Below are positions 1 through 8,556 of a DNA stretch of 37,929 nt, in pieces; positions within the stretch are counted from its first letter, which is position 1, and every line of letters starts with the position of its first letter. The notes beneath the pieces were generated by a model. That model saw only the letters and a list, made by a program, of their open reading frames with translations. It was not told the DNA's origin and did no database searches. The stretch lies in NCBI GenBank assembly GCA_964653915.1, contig CAZZGC010000004.1:1-37929 (forward strand). Reading direction: 5' to 3'. Both the position numbers and the translations under genes were made by a program. The DNA is from an uncultured Thermodesulfovibrio sp. (GTDB lineage: Bacteria; Nitrospirota; Thermodesulfovibrionia; UBA6902).

Positions 1-135
1 TGCGCAAGCTGAGACACCCTTCAAGAAGCTACAACCTGAAGCTCTTTCTGGAAAAAAGCACGTAATTCGATTGATGACAAAGTGACAAAGTCTCCAACCC
101 GAGGTTGAACCCCGGAAACGAGGTGCGGCCTCTTC

Positions 136-214
136 CTTTCCCGCCTTTCCCGCAGTAGGGGCATGGCACCGCCATGCCCCTACTGCCTACTGCGTACTCC
201 TAACTGCCTACTGT
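136..214 (+). repeat. Composite intergenic repeat copy: 2 CTTTCCCGC nonamers (136..153), palindrome (152..186), 5 tandem CTACTGC-type heptamers (180..214)
   Basis: Read directly: CTTTCCCGC CTTTCCCGC; then GCAGTAGGGGCATGGC-ACC-GCCATGCCCCTACTGC; then CTACTGC CTACTGC GTACTCC TAACTGC CTACTGT. The same modules recur at 7 other intergenic loci. Confidence 0.9.
152..186. repeat. Perfect palindrome, 16-bp arms with a 3-nt loop
   Basis: The left arm GCAGTAGGGGCATGGC is the exact reverse complement of the right arm GCCATGCCCCTACTGC. No T-tract follows on either strand. Confidence 0.95.
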
Positions 215-234
215 CTTTTCCACACGTCTCGACT

Positions 235-240
235 TATAAT
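235..240 (+). promoter_or_regulatory. Candidate -10 hexamer TATAAT, 6 nt upstream of the ATG at 247 (leaderless-type layout)
   Basis: A consensus TATAAT is followed by TAATTA and then the ATG. There is no Shine-Dalgarno, and the -35 (TGTCTT at 17-nt spacing) is weak. Confidence 0.35.
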
Positions 241-246
241 TAATTA

Positions 247-2880
247 ATGGAAGTCATAACCACTCATCTCAACGCAGACTTTGACGCCCTCGCTTCCATG
301 GTCGCGGCCAAGAAGTTCTATCCCGACGCCATTCTCGCTTTTCCCGGCTCTCAGGAGAAGGCTGTCAGGGATTTTCTGTCGTCGCCCGATTTCCCGGTGG
401 AGATAACAAGACTGCGCGATATAGATCTTGAAAAAATAAAACGACTCATTCTGGTTGATGTAAAAAATCCGTCACGGATCGGGATATTTGCAGGCATACT
501 CGGCCGACAGGGGCTTGCCGTTCATATCTACGATCATCACACCGGAGGAGAAGATGTTCCCATTGCTCAGAAGAAGGTAATAGAAGATGCAGGTGCAACG
601 AGCACCCTTTTTACCGAGATGATAAAATCTGCTGCAATGGCTCTTGCGCCGGCCGAGGCTACACTGCTGATGCTGGGTATCTACGAGGAGACAGGATCAC
701 TTCTGTTCCCATCAACAACGGTGCGCGATATTTCGGCTGCGGCCTACCTGTTGAAAAAGGGGGCGAATCTGAATATTGTGTCCCGTTTTCTCAAGAGAGA
801 ACTCGGCCCCGACGAAATCGACCTCCTGAATGAACTTGTGCAGTCCTCAACAGAAAAAGTGATACAGGATTTCAGAATTCGCATCTCCAAGGCTTCACGG
901 GAAAAGTATATTGGCGATATAGCTTCTTTCGCTCACAGGATGCGGGAGACGGGGGCCGCGGATGCAATCTTTCTGATAGTAATGATGGAAAACCGGGTGC
1001 AGGTCATTGCCAGAAGCTATGTACCCGAAATCGATGTCTCGGAGGTATTGAGGGAGATTGGGGGAGGCGGGCATCCCCAGGCCGCATCGGCGGTCGTAAG
1101 AGACATGTCTATTGAGGAGACGGAAGAAAAAATCCTGAATTCCGCGGCGCGTCTCATCAGACCCACCAGGACGGCCCGTGATGTAATGACCCGTCATGTC
1201 AAGTGCATAAAGGCCGCAAGCACTATCAGAAAGGCCGAAAAGATGATGACTCAATATGAAGTAAACGTACTTCCGGTTGTACGGTCCGGCAGGTACTATG
1301 GTCTTATTTCGAGAGAGGTGGTAGAGAAGGCGCTGTTTCATGGTTTCGGACAAAACAGGGTGTCTGAGTTCTGCACAACAGGCGTTGTGACCGCTTCACC
1401 GTCAACACCCGTTAATGAAATAGAGTCCAAGATGGTGGAACGCAACCAGCGGTTCATGCCGGTCATAGAAGATGAACGTGTTGTGGGGGCAATAACAAGA
1501 ACAGATCTGCTGCGATCACTCTACGAATCCCTCATAAGGAAAGAAAGGATCTCTGAGTCGGAGAGATACTCGGGAAAAGCATCGATCGGTAAAAACCTCG
1601 CTTCGGTTATGAAATCGATGTTTCCGCCCGATGTCCTGGCCGTCCTCAAGCTTGCAGGAGAGGTCTCGGCGAGGCTCGGCTACTCCGCATATCTTGTGGG
1701 CGGTTCTGTGCGTGACCTGCTTAGAAATGAATCAAATCTCGATATCGACATAGTAATCGAAGGCGATGGTATAGCCTTTGCCCGTGAACTGGGACAGTTA
1801 CTGAAAGCAAAAGTCAAAAGCCATGGCAGGTTCGGCACGGCCGTCATTGTGACCGACTTTCTCAAATTTGACGTAGCCACGGCACGCACCGAATATTATG
1901 AATCTCCTGCCGCCCTGCCAAAGGTAGAGATATCATCGATCAAGAAAGATCTATACCGGCGGGACTTTACAATCAACACTCTGGCAATCATGCTGAACCC
2001 CGGCAGGTTCGGCCGTCTCCTGGACTTTTTCGGCGGACAAAAGGACATAAGAGACAAGACGATCCGGATACTGCACAACCTTAGCTTCATCGAAGATCCC
2101 ACACGCGCCTTCAGAGCGATCAGGTTTTCAGAAAGGTTCGGATTCAAGATAAGCAAACACACTATGAACCTTATCAACACCGCCGTAAGGATAAACCTCT
2201 TTGAGAGGCTCTCGGGAGCCCGTATGTTTGATGAACTGACGCTCCTGTTTCAGGAGACAAGACCCCTCAATGCCGTGAGAAGGCTCGCCGGATTTGACCT
2301 GCTGAGATTCATCCACCCGAACCTGAAGCTGACGCCATCACTGGAGAAGACCATAACTGCGATTGAGGAGGCGGTCTCATGGTTCGATCTCCTGTTTCTT
2401 GAAGAACCGCTTAACAAACCGCACATCTTTTTCATGGCCCTGCTTGATGAGCTCAGCCCGGATGAAAGAGACAGTGCAATGAAACGCCTGAATGTACCGC
2501 CAGGCGCTGGCAGAGAGATCGTTCAGGGAATAGAACGGGCTTCTGATCTGCTCCTTAAGGTAGGTCACGCATCCAGGTCCGAAATATATTTCATGCTTCA
2601 GCCTCTGCGCCTCGAAACGATACTTTATGCTGTGGCAAAGGCCCATGATGATAAGCAGAAAAAAGCCATCTCCCTTTTCCTTACCGACATGAGAAAGACA
2701 GTTACCGAGCTGTCCGGTGATGACCTGATGAAGATGGGGTTCAGGCCAGGTCCAATTTTTAAAAAGATACTGAATGAACTGCTCATATTGCGACTCGATG
2801 AGAAGCTGAAGAGCAGGGAAGACGAGATAAACTACGTCAACAGGCAATATCCCGACAAATCCGCTGCAGGCACCAGTTGA
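247..2880 (+). CDS. DHH/DHHA1 phosphoesterase - tandem CBS - class II nucleotidyltransferase (poly(A) polymerase/CCA-adding family) fusion protein
   Basis: 877-aa ORF. DHH motifs (HLNADFDALAS, IYDHH) and a DHHA1-like GGGGHPQAAS are present. CBS-like segments span about aa 310-430. GGSVRDLL..DIDIV and RRDFTINTLA are typical of the PolyA_pol head domain. Confidence 0.85.
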   Translation: MEVITTHLNADFDALASMVAAKKFYPDAILAFPGSQEKAVRDFLSSPDFPVEITRLRDIDLEKIKRLILVDVKNPSRIGIFAGILGRQGLAVHIYDHHTGGEDVPIAQKKVIEDAGATSTLFTEMIKSAAMALAPAEATLLMLGIYEETGSLLFPSTTVRDISAAAYLLKKGANLNIVSRFLKRELGPDEIDLLNELVQSSTEKVIQDFRIRISKASREKYIGDIASFAHRMRETGAADAIFLIVMMENRVQVIARSYVPEIDVSEVLREIGGGGHPQAASAVVRDMSIEETEEKILNSAARLIRPTRTARDVMTRHVKCIKAASTIRKAEKMMTQYEVNVLPVVRSGRYYGLISREVVEKALFHGFGQNRVSEFCTTGVVTASPSTPVNEIESKMVERNQRFMPVIEDERVVGAITRTDLLRSLYESLIRKERISESERYSGKASIGKNLASVMKSMFPPDVLAVLKLAGEVSARLGYSAYLVGGSVRDLLRNESNLDIDIVIEGDGIAFARELGQLLKAKVKSHGRFGTAVIVTDFLKFDVATARTEYYESPAALPKVEISSIKKDLYRRDFTINTLAIMLNPGRFGRLLDFFGGQKDIRDKTIRILHNLSFIEDPTRAFRAIRFSERFGFKISKHTMNLINTAVRINLFERLSGARMFDELTLLFQETRPLNAVRRLAGFDLLRFIHPNLKLTPSLEKTITAIEEAVSWFDLLFLEEPLNKPHIFFMALLDELSPDERDSAMKRLNVPPGAGREIVQGIERASDLLLKVGHASRSEIYFMLQPLRLETILYAVAKAHDDKQKKAISLFLTDMRKTVTELSGDDLMKMGFRPGPIFKKILNELLILRLDEKLKSREDEINYVNRQYPDKSAAGTS

Positions 2881-2900
2881 CAATCCCGGAGTTCATGCAG

Positions 2901-3119
2901 CTATACAAGCCTCACTCCTGCATAGTAGCAACAGAGAGAGCTGTTGAGATCATTAATAAAAGACCTCTCCTTGCCGTCCTGAAACAGTATGCGCACAAAG
3001 CAGGTTCCGCCACTGAGATGAGAGTGTTTTTCCTCGATGACCTCTCCCTCGCCCCATGAAGAATATCTCAGATGGTTTACCCTGTCTCCTACCTTCAGAT
3101 ACAGTCTTCGTCTTGTCAT
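2901..3119 (-). CDS. Small hypothetical protein, DUF3553-like
   Basis: 72-aa ORF with the pattern GDRVNH..-SWGEGEV-..ILFQDGKE, recalled from the DUF3553 family. The overlapping ORFs 2877..3059(+) and 2953..3219(-) show no recognisable similarity. No clear SD. Confidence 0.45.
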   Translation of the reverse strand: MTRRRLYLKVGDRVNHLRYSSWGEGEVIEEKHSHLSGGTCFVRILFQDGKERSFINDLNSSLCCYYAGVRLV

Positions 3120-3161
3120 ACTTACAATTATGATACCGCCTGTAGACCGGCATTCTCCAGC

Positions 3162-3191
3162 TTGTAAAACCAGTAGGTTTCATGGTATAAA
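3162..3191 (+). promoter_or_regulatory. Candidate sigma70-type promoter for the PPIase gene (TTGTAA-N18-TATAAA with TGn extended -10)
   Basis: TTGTAA at 3162..3167, an 18-nt spacer ending in TGG, and TATAAA at 3186..3191. The SD GAGGGGAG precedes the ATG at 3235. Confidence 0.4.
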
Positions 3192-3234
3192 ACAGATCAG
3201 GTTTTAACCCATAAAACAACGAGGGGAGTCATAG

Positions 3235-4131
3235 ATGAAGAAGATCCTATTAAGAGCTCTGATTACATTATTCATGGCAGCGGCGCTATCCGCATGCTCA
3301 GGTGATGGCAAACCTGACAGTCCCGTTATCGCAAAAGTGAACAAGGATGTTATAACGCAAAACCAGTTCCTCCGCGAGGTATCGAGGATGCCGGAATGGG
3401 CCAGGGAACAGCTCAATAACAAAGAGGGAAGAGACAGGTTCCTTGATGAAATCATCAAAAGGGAACTTATATATCAGCAGGCCAGAAAGATGAGGCTTAA
3501 CAAGGACCCGGAATTCAAGGAGCGCATGAAGGAGTTCGAAAAGATGACGCTCGTGTCGATGATACTGAAGAAAGAAGTAGATGAAAAAGTACGGGTAGAT
3601 GAAGACGAAGTAAAGGCCTTCTTCGAGGAGAACAAGGACAAGCTGACTATCGGCAGCCAGCTCAGGGCAAGCCATATACTTGTCAAGACTGCTGAGGAGG
3701 CCGATTCAATCCTCAAGGAGTTGCAGAACGGAGCCGACTTCGGAAAGCTCGCAAAGAAATACTCTCTTGACAAGACATCAGCCGCAAAAGGCGGGGATCT
3801 CGGATTCTTCGGCAGGGGGAAGATGGTGCCCGAATTCGAACGGGCAGCACTCAGTCTTAAGGTGGGCGAAATCAGCAAGCCCGTAAGAACGCGTTTCGGC
3901 TATCACATAATAAAACTTACCGATGTAAAAAAGGGTAAATCAGCCAGTTACGAACAGTCCAGGGAATCGATCAGACGCGAACTCATCAATCAGAAGAGAA
4001 AGAAACTCTTTGATGCCTTTGTGGAGCGTCTGAAAGAAAGCAGCAAAATCACGAAGGATGAAGCTGCGCTTGATGCCATAACGCTGCCGGGCAGGGAAAA
4101 GCCGGCGATGGAGGCTAGGGAAGCCAAGTAA
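3235..4131 (+). CDS. Parvulin-type peptidyl-prolyl cis-trans isomerase, predicted lipoprotein (PrsA/SurA-like)
   Basis: The signal peptide has a lipobox (LSAC). The PpiC rotamase core is present: SHILV..GGDLGFFGRGKMVPEFE..GYHIIKL. Confidence 0.85.
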   Translation: MKKILLRALITLFMAAALSACSGDGKPDSPVIAKVNKDVITQNQFLREVSRMPEWAREQLNNKEGRDRFLDEIIKRELIYQQARKMRLNKDPEFKERMKEFEKMTLVSMILKKEVDEKVRVDEDEVKAFFEENKDKLTIGSQLRASHILVKTAEEADSILKELQNGADFGKLAKKYSLDKTSAAKGGDLGFFGRGKMVPEFERAALSLKVGEISKPVRTRFGYHIIKLTDVKKGKSASYEQSRESIRRELINQKRKKLFDAFVERLKESSKITKDEAALDAITLPGREKPAMEAREAK

Positions 4132-4150
4132 GTCTTAAATCACACATCCT

Positions 4151-5842
4151 TCATGAATTATCCGGGTTAAGGCCCTTTACAACTTCCGAAGGGGGAATCT
4201 TCGTGACCTCTCGCGTCTTCCTGTTCTTGAGCTCGACCACGCCATCTCTAAGACCCTTCTTGCCGACCACGACATGCCACGGTATGCCTATCAGATCGGC
4301 ATCCTTGAACTTCACGCCGGGCCTCTCCTGCCGGTCATCGATAAGGGCTTCCAGGCCCGAGACGCGGAGCTCGGCATATATCTTCTCCGCCGTATCCATG
4401 ACATCTCTGTCGTCCACTGCGAGTGGGATCACCTCCACATCAAAGGGGGCGATACTTTCGGGCCATATGATCCCGTCACCGTCATGATACTGTTCTACGG
4501 CAGCAGCAGCTATTCTGGCCGGCCCTATGCCGTAACTCCCCATCACAATCGGCCGTTCGGAACCGCTTTCATCAAGAAACATCGCCCCGAGAGGAGATGA
4601 ATATTTGATGCCGAGCTTGAATATATTGCCTATTTCTATCGCCTTCTCCGCACGGACCGTACTTCCGCAATGGGAACATATTTCGCCCCCGGAGGCTACA
4701 TGGAGATCGGCCCATTCCGCAACGAAATGCTCTCCCGGTCTTATGCCCCTCGTGTGAAAACCCTCTCTGTTTGCACCGGAGACATATACCCCCTCTCTCA
4801 GGCAGGGGTCTGCAACTATCCGGATCTTCCGGCCATGAGGACCTATAAAACCGGGCTCCACCCCCAGGATCTCCTCTACCTCTTCCCTGCTTGCAGGCCT
4901 GAAGTCACCAACTTTCCTTCTTAGCTTCATCTCGTGGAGCTCCTGATCGCCCCTGACAAGCGCGAGAAAGGGGCCATCGCTGCCTACCATAAGCAGGCTC
5001 TTTATAAAACAAGACGGGTCGAGACCCAGGAACTCCGACACCTCCTGAACCGTCCTCTTTTCAGGGGTCTCAACATCCTCCCGTTCCCACCCGGATGCTT
5101 CAGAAGGCACTGCCTGCGGCTGCGGAGTTGAGACAGCAAGTTCTGTATTGGCCGCGTATCCGCATTCATCACAAAGAATGATGGTGTCTTCACCGGCAGG
5201 GCTGGGCGCCATGAATTCATGCGCCGTTGCACCGCCCATCATACCGGGGTCACTGTCGACCTGATAAAACCTGAGACCGCAGCGCTGAAATATCCTGTGG
5301 TAGGCCTCCGCGTGTTTCCGGTAGTTTTCTTCCAAGCCGGCCTCATCCCTGTCGAAGCTGTAACTGTCCTTCATCACGAACTCCCGCGTGCGCAGGATGC
5401 CGCTCTTGGGTCTCGCCTCATCCCTGAATTTTGTCTGAAGCTGATACCATACCTGCGGCAGGTCCCTGTATGACCTAATTTCCATGGACGCAAGCCAGGT
5501 AATTATCTCTTCGTGAGTCATACCGAGGCACATGTCACGACCGCCCCGGTCCTTCAGCCGGAACATCTCGTCTCCTATTTCACTCCACCGGCCCGTCTTC
5601 TGCCATATCTCGGCAGGATGCAATGCCGGCATCGTTATCTCCTGAGCACCGATGGCATCCATTTCTTCCCGTATTATCCTGTTGATGCGGGTCATGACCC
5701 TCTGAGCCAGGGGAAGACAGATGTAGAGACCAGATGCAAGCTGCCGTACGTATCCTGCCCTCAACATCAGTATGTGACTGACCGCTTCCGCTTCGGAAGG
5801 TGTCTCCCTCAGAGTCGGTACGAACAAACCGGAAAATCGCAT
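4151..5842 (-). CDS. proS: Proline--tRNA ligase (bacterial type with editing insertion)
   Basis: 563-aa ORF with class II aaRS ProRS hallmarks throughout (LRAGYVRQLASGLY.., MTHEE.., a C-terminal anticodon-binding region). The GGAGG SD overlaps the ftsZ stop. Confidence 0.95.
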   Translation of the reverse strand: MRFSGLFVPTLRETPSEAEAVSHILMLRAGYVRQLASGLYICLPLAQRVMTRINRIIREEMDAIGAQEITMPALHPAEIWQKTGRWSEIGDEMFRLKDRGGRDMCLGMTHEEIITWLASMEIRSYRDLPQVWYQLQTKFRDEARPKSGILRTREFVMKDSYSFDRDEAGLEENYRKHAEAYHRIFQRCGLRFYQVDSDPGMMGGATAHEFMAPSPAGEDTIILCDECGYAANTELAVSTPQPQAVPSEASGWEREDVETPEKRTVQEVSEFLGLDPSCFIKSLLMVGSDGPFLALVRGDQELHEMKLRRKVGDFRPASREEVEEILGVEPGFIGPHGRKIRIVADPCLREGVYVSGANREGFHTRGIRPGEHFVAEWADLHVASGGEICSHCGSTVRAEKAIEIGNIFKLGIKYSSPLGAMFLDESGSERPIVMGSYGIGPARIAAAAVEQYHDGDGIIWPESIAPFDVEVIPLAVDDRDVMDTAEKIYAELRVSGLEALIDDRQERPGVKFKDADLIGIPWHVVVGKKGLRDGVVELKNRKTREVTKIPPSEVVKGLNPDNS

Positions 5843-5854
5843 TCCTTAAGCCTC

Positions 5855-7009
5855 CTAAACCGCTCCTGCATCCTCACTGAGTTTCTCTTCATTATATCCG
5901 TTCTTCCGCATGAATGTGGGAATATCAAGATACAGCTCATTATCATCTGTGAAGGTCTGTTTGGAAAGCACCCTCTCCGAACCCTTGAATGCCGCGGCTT
6001 CACGGGCGGGCTTCCATTTGTTGTACGAGGGCATGACCGCCCTGGGTTTTTCCTCAAATCCGGTCGCTATGACCGTCACCATGATCTTCTCATCCAGATC
6101 AGGGTCGATAACGGAACCGAATATTATCTCCGCATCATCATCCGCCGCATCCCTGATGAGGCTTGCCGCCTCGTTGACCTCATGAAATGAGAGGGAGGAA
6201 CCTCCAGTGATGTTGATAAGCACTCCCTTGGCACCATCAATGGAGGTTTCCTCCAGCAGGGGGCTCTTTATCGCCATCTTTGCCGCATTCAGTGCCCTGT
6301 TTTCCCCCTCTGATGAACCTATGCCCATGAGGGCCCTGCCGCTGTCGGTAAGGATCGTCTTTATATCCGCAAAATCCTGGTTAATTAGTCCCGGAATGAG
6401 GATAAGATCGGAGATACCCTTGACGGCCTGTCTGAGCACATCATTGGCCAGATTCAGTGCCTGCAGCCAGGGGGTGTCCTTTTCAGTTATATCAAGAAGC
6501 CTGTTGTTGTGGATTATGATGATGGAGTCAACATGTTTTCTCAGTTCCTTTATCCCCTGCTCTGCGTTGCGTGCTCTTTTGTTGCCCTCAAAAAGGAAAG
6601 GTCTCGTCACCACAGCGGTAGTAAGGACACCGAGTTCACGGGCCGTCTCGGCAATGACAGGTGCCGCGCCTGTACCTGTGCCACCACCCATACCGGCCGT
6701 AATGAATACCATGTCGGCGCCCTTGAGGGCCTCTTCAACAAGATCACGATCATCTATCGCTGCCTGACGTCCGATCTCCGGATTGGCGCCCGCTCCAAGA
6801 CCTTTGGTCAGAGAGTTTCCGATCTGCAGCCTGTGGTGTGCCAGGGATGACTCAAGCGCCTGTGCATCGGTGTTGACAGCAATGAACTCCACTCCCTGGA
6901 GGTTAGAGGCGATCATGCAGTTTACGGCATTGCTTCCGCCTCCTCCGACGCCAACGATCTTGATCTTTGCATTCTGGTTTTTGACTTCTTCGATTTCGAA
7001 AATTCTCAT
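5855..7009 (-). CDS. ftsZ: Cell division GTPase FtsZ
   Basis: GGGTGTGAAP tubulin signature, NTDAQAL, and the C-terminal peptide DIPTFMRK. SD AGGAG lies upstream. Confidence 0.97.
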   Translation of the reverse strand: MRIFEIEEVKNQNAKIKIVGVGGGGSNAVNCMIASNLQGVEFIAVNTDAQALESSLAHHRLQIGNSLTKGLGAGANPEIGRQAAIDDRDLVEEALKGADMVFITAGMGGGTGTGAAPVIAETARELGVLTTAVVTRPFLFEGNKRARNAEQGIKELRKHVDSIIIIHNNRLLDITEKDTPWLQALNLANDVLRQAVKGISDLILIPGLINQDFADIKTILTDSGRALMGIGSSEGENRALNAAKMAIKSPLLEETSIDGAKGVLINITGGSSLSFHEVNEAASLIRDAADDDAEIIFGSVIDPDLDEKIMVTVIATGFEEKPRAVMPSYNKWKPAREAAAFKGSERVLSKQTFTDDNELYLDIPTFMRKNGYNEEKLSEDAGAV

Positions 7010-7137
7010 CTTGCTCTCCTTTCACAGAATTTTAAGTTTCCTCCTATCGACATTTTTTCCCATATTCCATATTTCTATCCCACACCCCGGGTCGAAATGA
7101 CAGACCATCTTCAGTGTTTACCACCTGCAACACAGGC

Positions 7138-7168
7138 CTTGTCTTTTCCCGCCTTTCTCGCTCTTACC
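7138..7168 (+). repeat. Fragment of the composite repeat (nonamer module) in the ftsA-ftsZ spacer
   Basis: CTTGTCTTTTCCCGCCTTTCTCGCTCTTACC matches the heptamer/nonamer junction seen at 208..221 and 31294..31311. Confidence 0.5.
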
Positions 7169-7225
7169 ATCCACCTAATTCCCTCTGCTGCTTATGCAGC
7201 GTGCAGGTTTACAGTGAATCATGAT

Positions 7226-8554
7226 TCATAATATTCCCCCGAACAGGCCGCTGACTCTGGTTTTTATTCCTTTCAACCCCCCTGTCCTGAATCTTCCGGT
7301 TTCCTCGGTGCCATCAGCCGCACCTCTCAGTATCAGGCCGACCGATGCAGCATACTCGGGTCCTGAAATGCCGCCGCGAATTCCGGCAGCCCTGCCGGGT
7401 TTTCCGATTCTGACCGGCAGCTCGAGTATGTTTTCGGCCATCACATCAATACCTTCCATAAGTACACCGCCGCCGGTCAGTACGACGCCCGAGTTCAGAA
7501 CGCTGTATAGTCCCTTCTCACTGAGCTCCTCCCTGATAAGGGTAAAGAGTTCCTCTGCACGCGGCTGAAGTATCTCGACCATGTATCTGCGGGGGATCCT
7601 TTTCCCATGGACTCCGCCGCGCCCCCCGATGTCGAGATACTCGTCTTCCCTTATTATGGAGAACATGCAGCAGCCGTATCTCTTTTTGACCTCCTCAGCT
7701 TCAAGGGATGGAATCCTCAGCCCTATGGCGAGATCGTTGGTGAAGTTGACACCTCCAATGGCTATGACTGTTGAATAAGAGACCGTACCCTCACTGAATA
7801 CTGCTACGTCAGTAGTACCCCCTCCGATATCGATTACCGCCACCCCCAGCTCTTTCTCATCGTCTCCAAGTACCGCTTCAGCAGAGGCAAGCGGCTGAAA
7901 TACTATCTCAACCACTTCCAGGCCTGCCCTCTCGCAGCACCTCAGCATATTCTGTATGGCTGAAGACGAGGCGGTTATAATCTGAACACTTGTTTCGAGC
8001 CTCACGCCGGCCATTCCCACCGGATCGGTTATGCCGTTCTGTCCGTTCACCGAGAATCCTTCCGGTATGACGTGCAGCATCTCCCGGTCGAATGGAATAG
8101 CGACGGCGCGAGCGGCTTCAATAACGTTGTCGACCTCCCTGCAGCCGATCTCCTTTTCCTTGACAGCTATGACCCCGTTGCTCCTCATGCAGCCTATATG
8201 CCTGCCGGTAATACTCAGATAGACCGCTCCTATATCCACCCCTGCGGCGGAACCTGCCCCTGCCGTAGCCCGCTGTATGGATTCAACGGCCTGTTCAATG
8301 CTGGTGACCTCGCCTTTTTTTATTCCTCTTGACGGAACAGACGCAGAACCTATAATATTCACTCCGGACCCGCTTGCATCATCAGCAATATTTTCAGGCC
8401 CTCTCTTTTTCCGGAAAAACCCCCTGGCGGGACGTTCGTCCCTGATGTCACCGGTTTCGGCCACCAGAGCGGATATCTTTGATGTACCGATATCAAGAGC
8501 GGCTATGAGCCTCTCACCCCGTGGTGACATATCTTTTATAAATCCGAAATGCAT
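7226..8554 (-). CDS. ftsA: Cell division protein FtsA (actin-like ATPase)
   Basis: LDIGTSKI, VIDIGGGTTD, VLTGGG motifs and a C-terminal amphipathic tail. It carries an extra ~26-aa basic insertion after the first phosphate loop. Confidence 0.93.
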   Translation of the reverse strand: MHFGFIKDMSPRGERLIAALDIGTSKISALVAETGDIRDERPARGFFRKKRGPENIADDASGSGVNIIGSASVPSRGIKKGEVTSIEQAVESIQRATAGAGSAAGVDIGAVYLSITGRHIGCMRSNGVIAVKEKEIGCREVDNVIEAARAVAIPFDREMLHVIPEGFSVNGQNGITDPVGMAGVRLETSVQIITASSSAIQNMLRCCERAGLEVVEIVFQPLASAEAVLGDDEKELGVAVIDIGGGTTDVAVFSEGTVSYSTVIAIGGVNFTNDLAIGLRIPSLEAEEVKKRYGCCMFSIIREDEYLDIGGRGGVHGKRIPRRYMVEILQPRAEELFTLIREELSEKGLYSVLNSGVVLTGGGVLMEGIDVMAENILELPVRIGKPGRAAGIRGGISGPEYAASVGLILRGAADGTEETGRFRTGGLKGIKTRVSGLFGGIL

Positions 8555-8556
8555 AT

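Noticed and set aside
3-65. An open frame (..RKLRHPSRSYNLKLFLEKST*) that could be the 3' end of an upstream plus-strand gene.
   Set aside because: Only 20 codons are visible and they have no recognisable similarity, so this cannot be supported as a feature.
75-90. A tandem direct repeat, TGACAAAG TGACAAAG, in the first intergenic region.
   Set aside because: It has two units only, occurs once, and has no flanking context, so it is too short to interpret.
152-186. The GC-rich palindromes (also 29320..29340) as rho-independent terminators.
   Set aside because: There is no U/T-tract after the stem on either strand. They are embedded in the repeat architecture instead.
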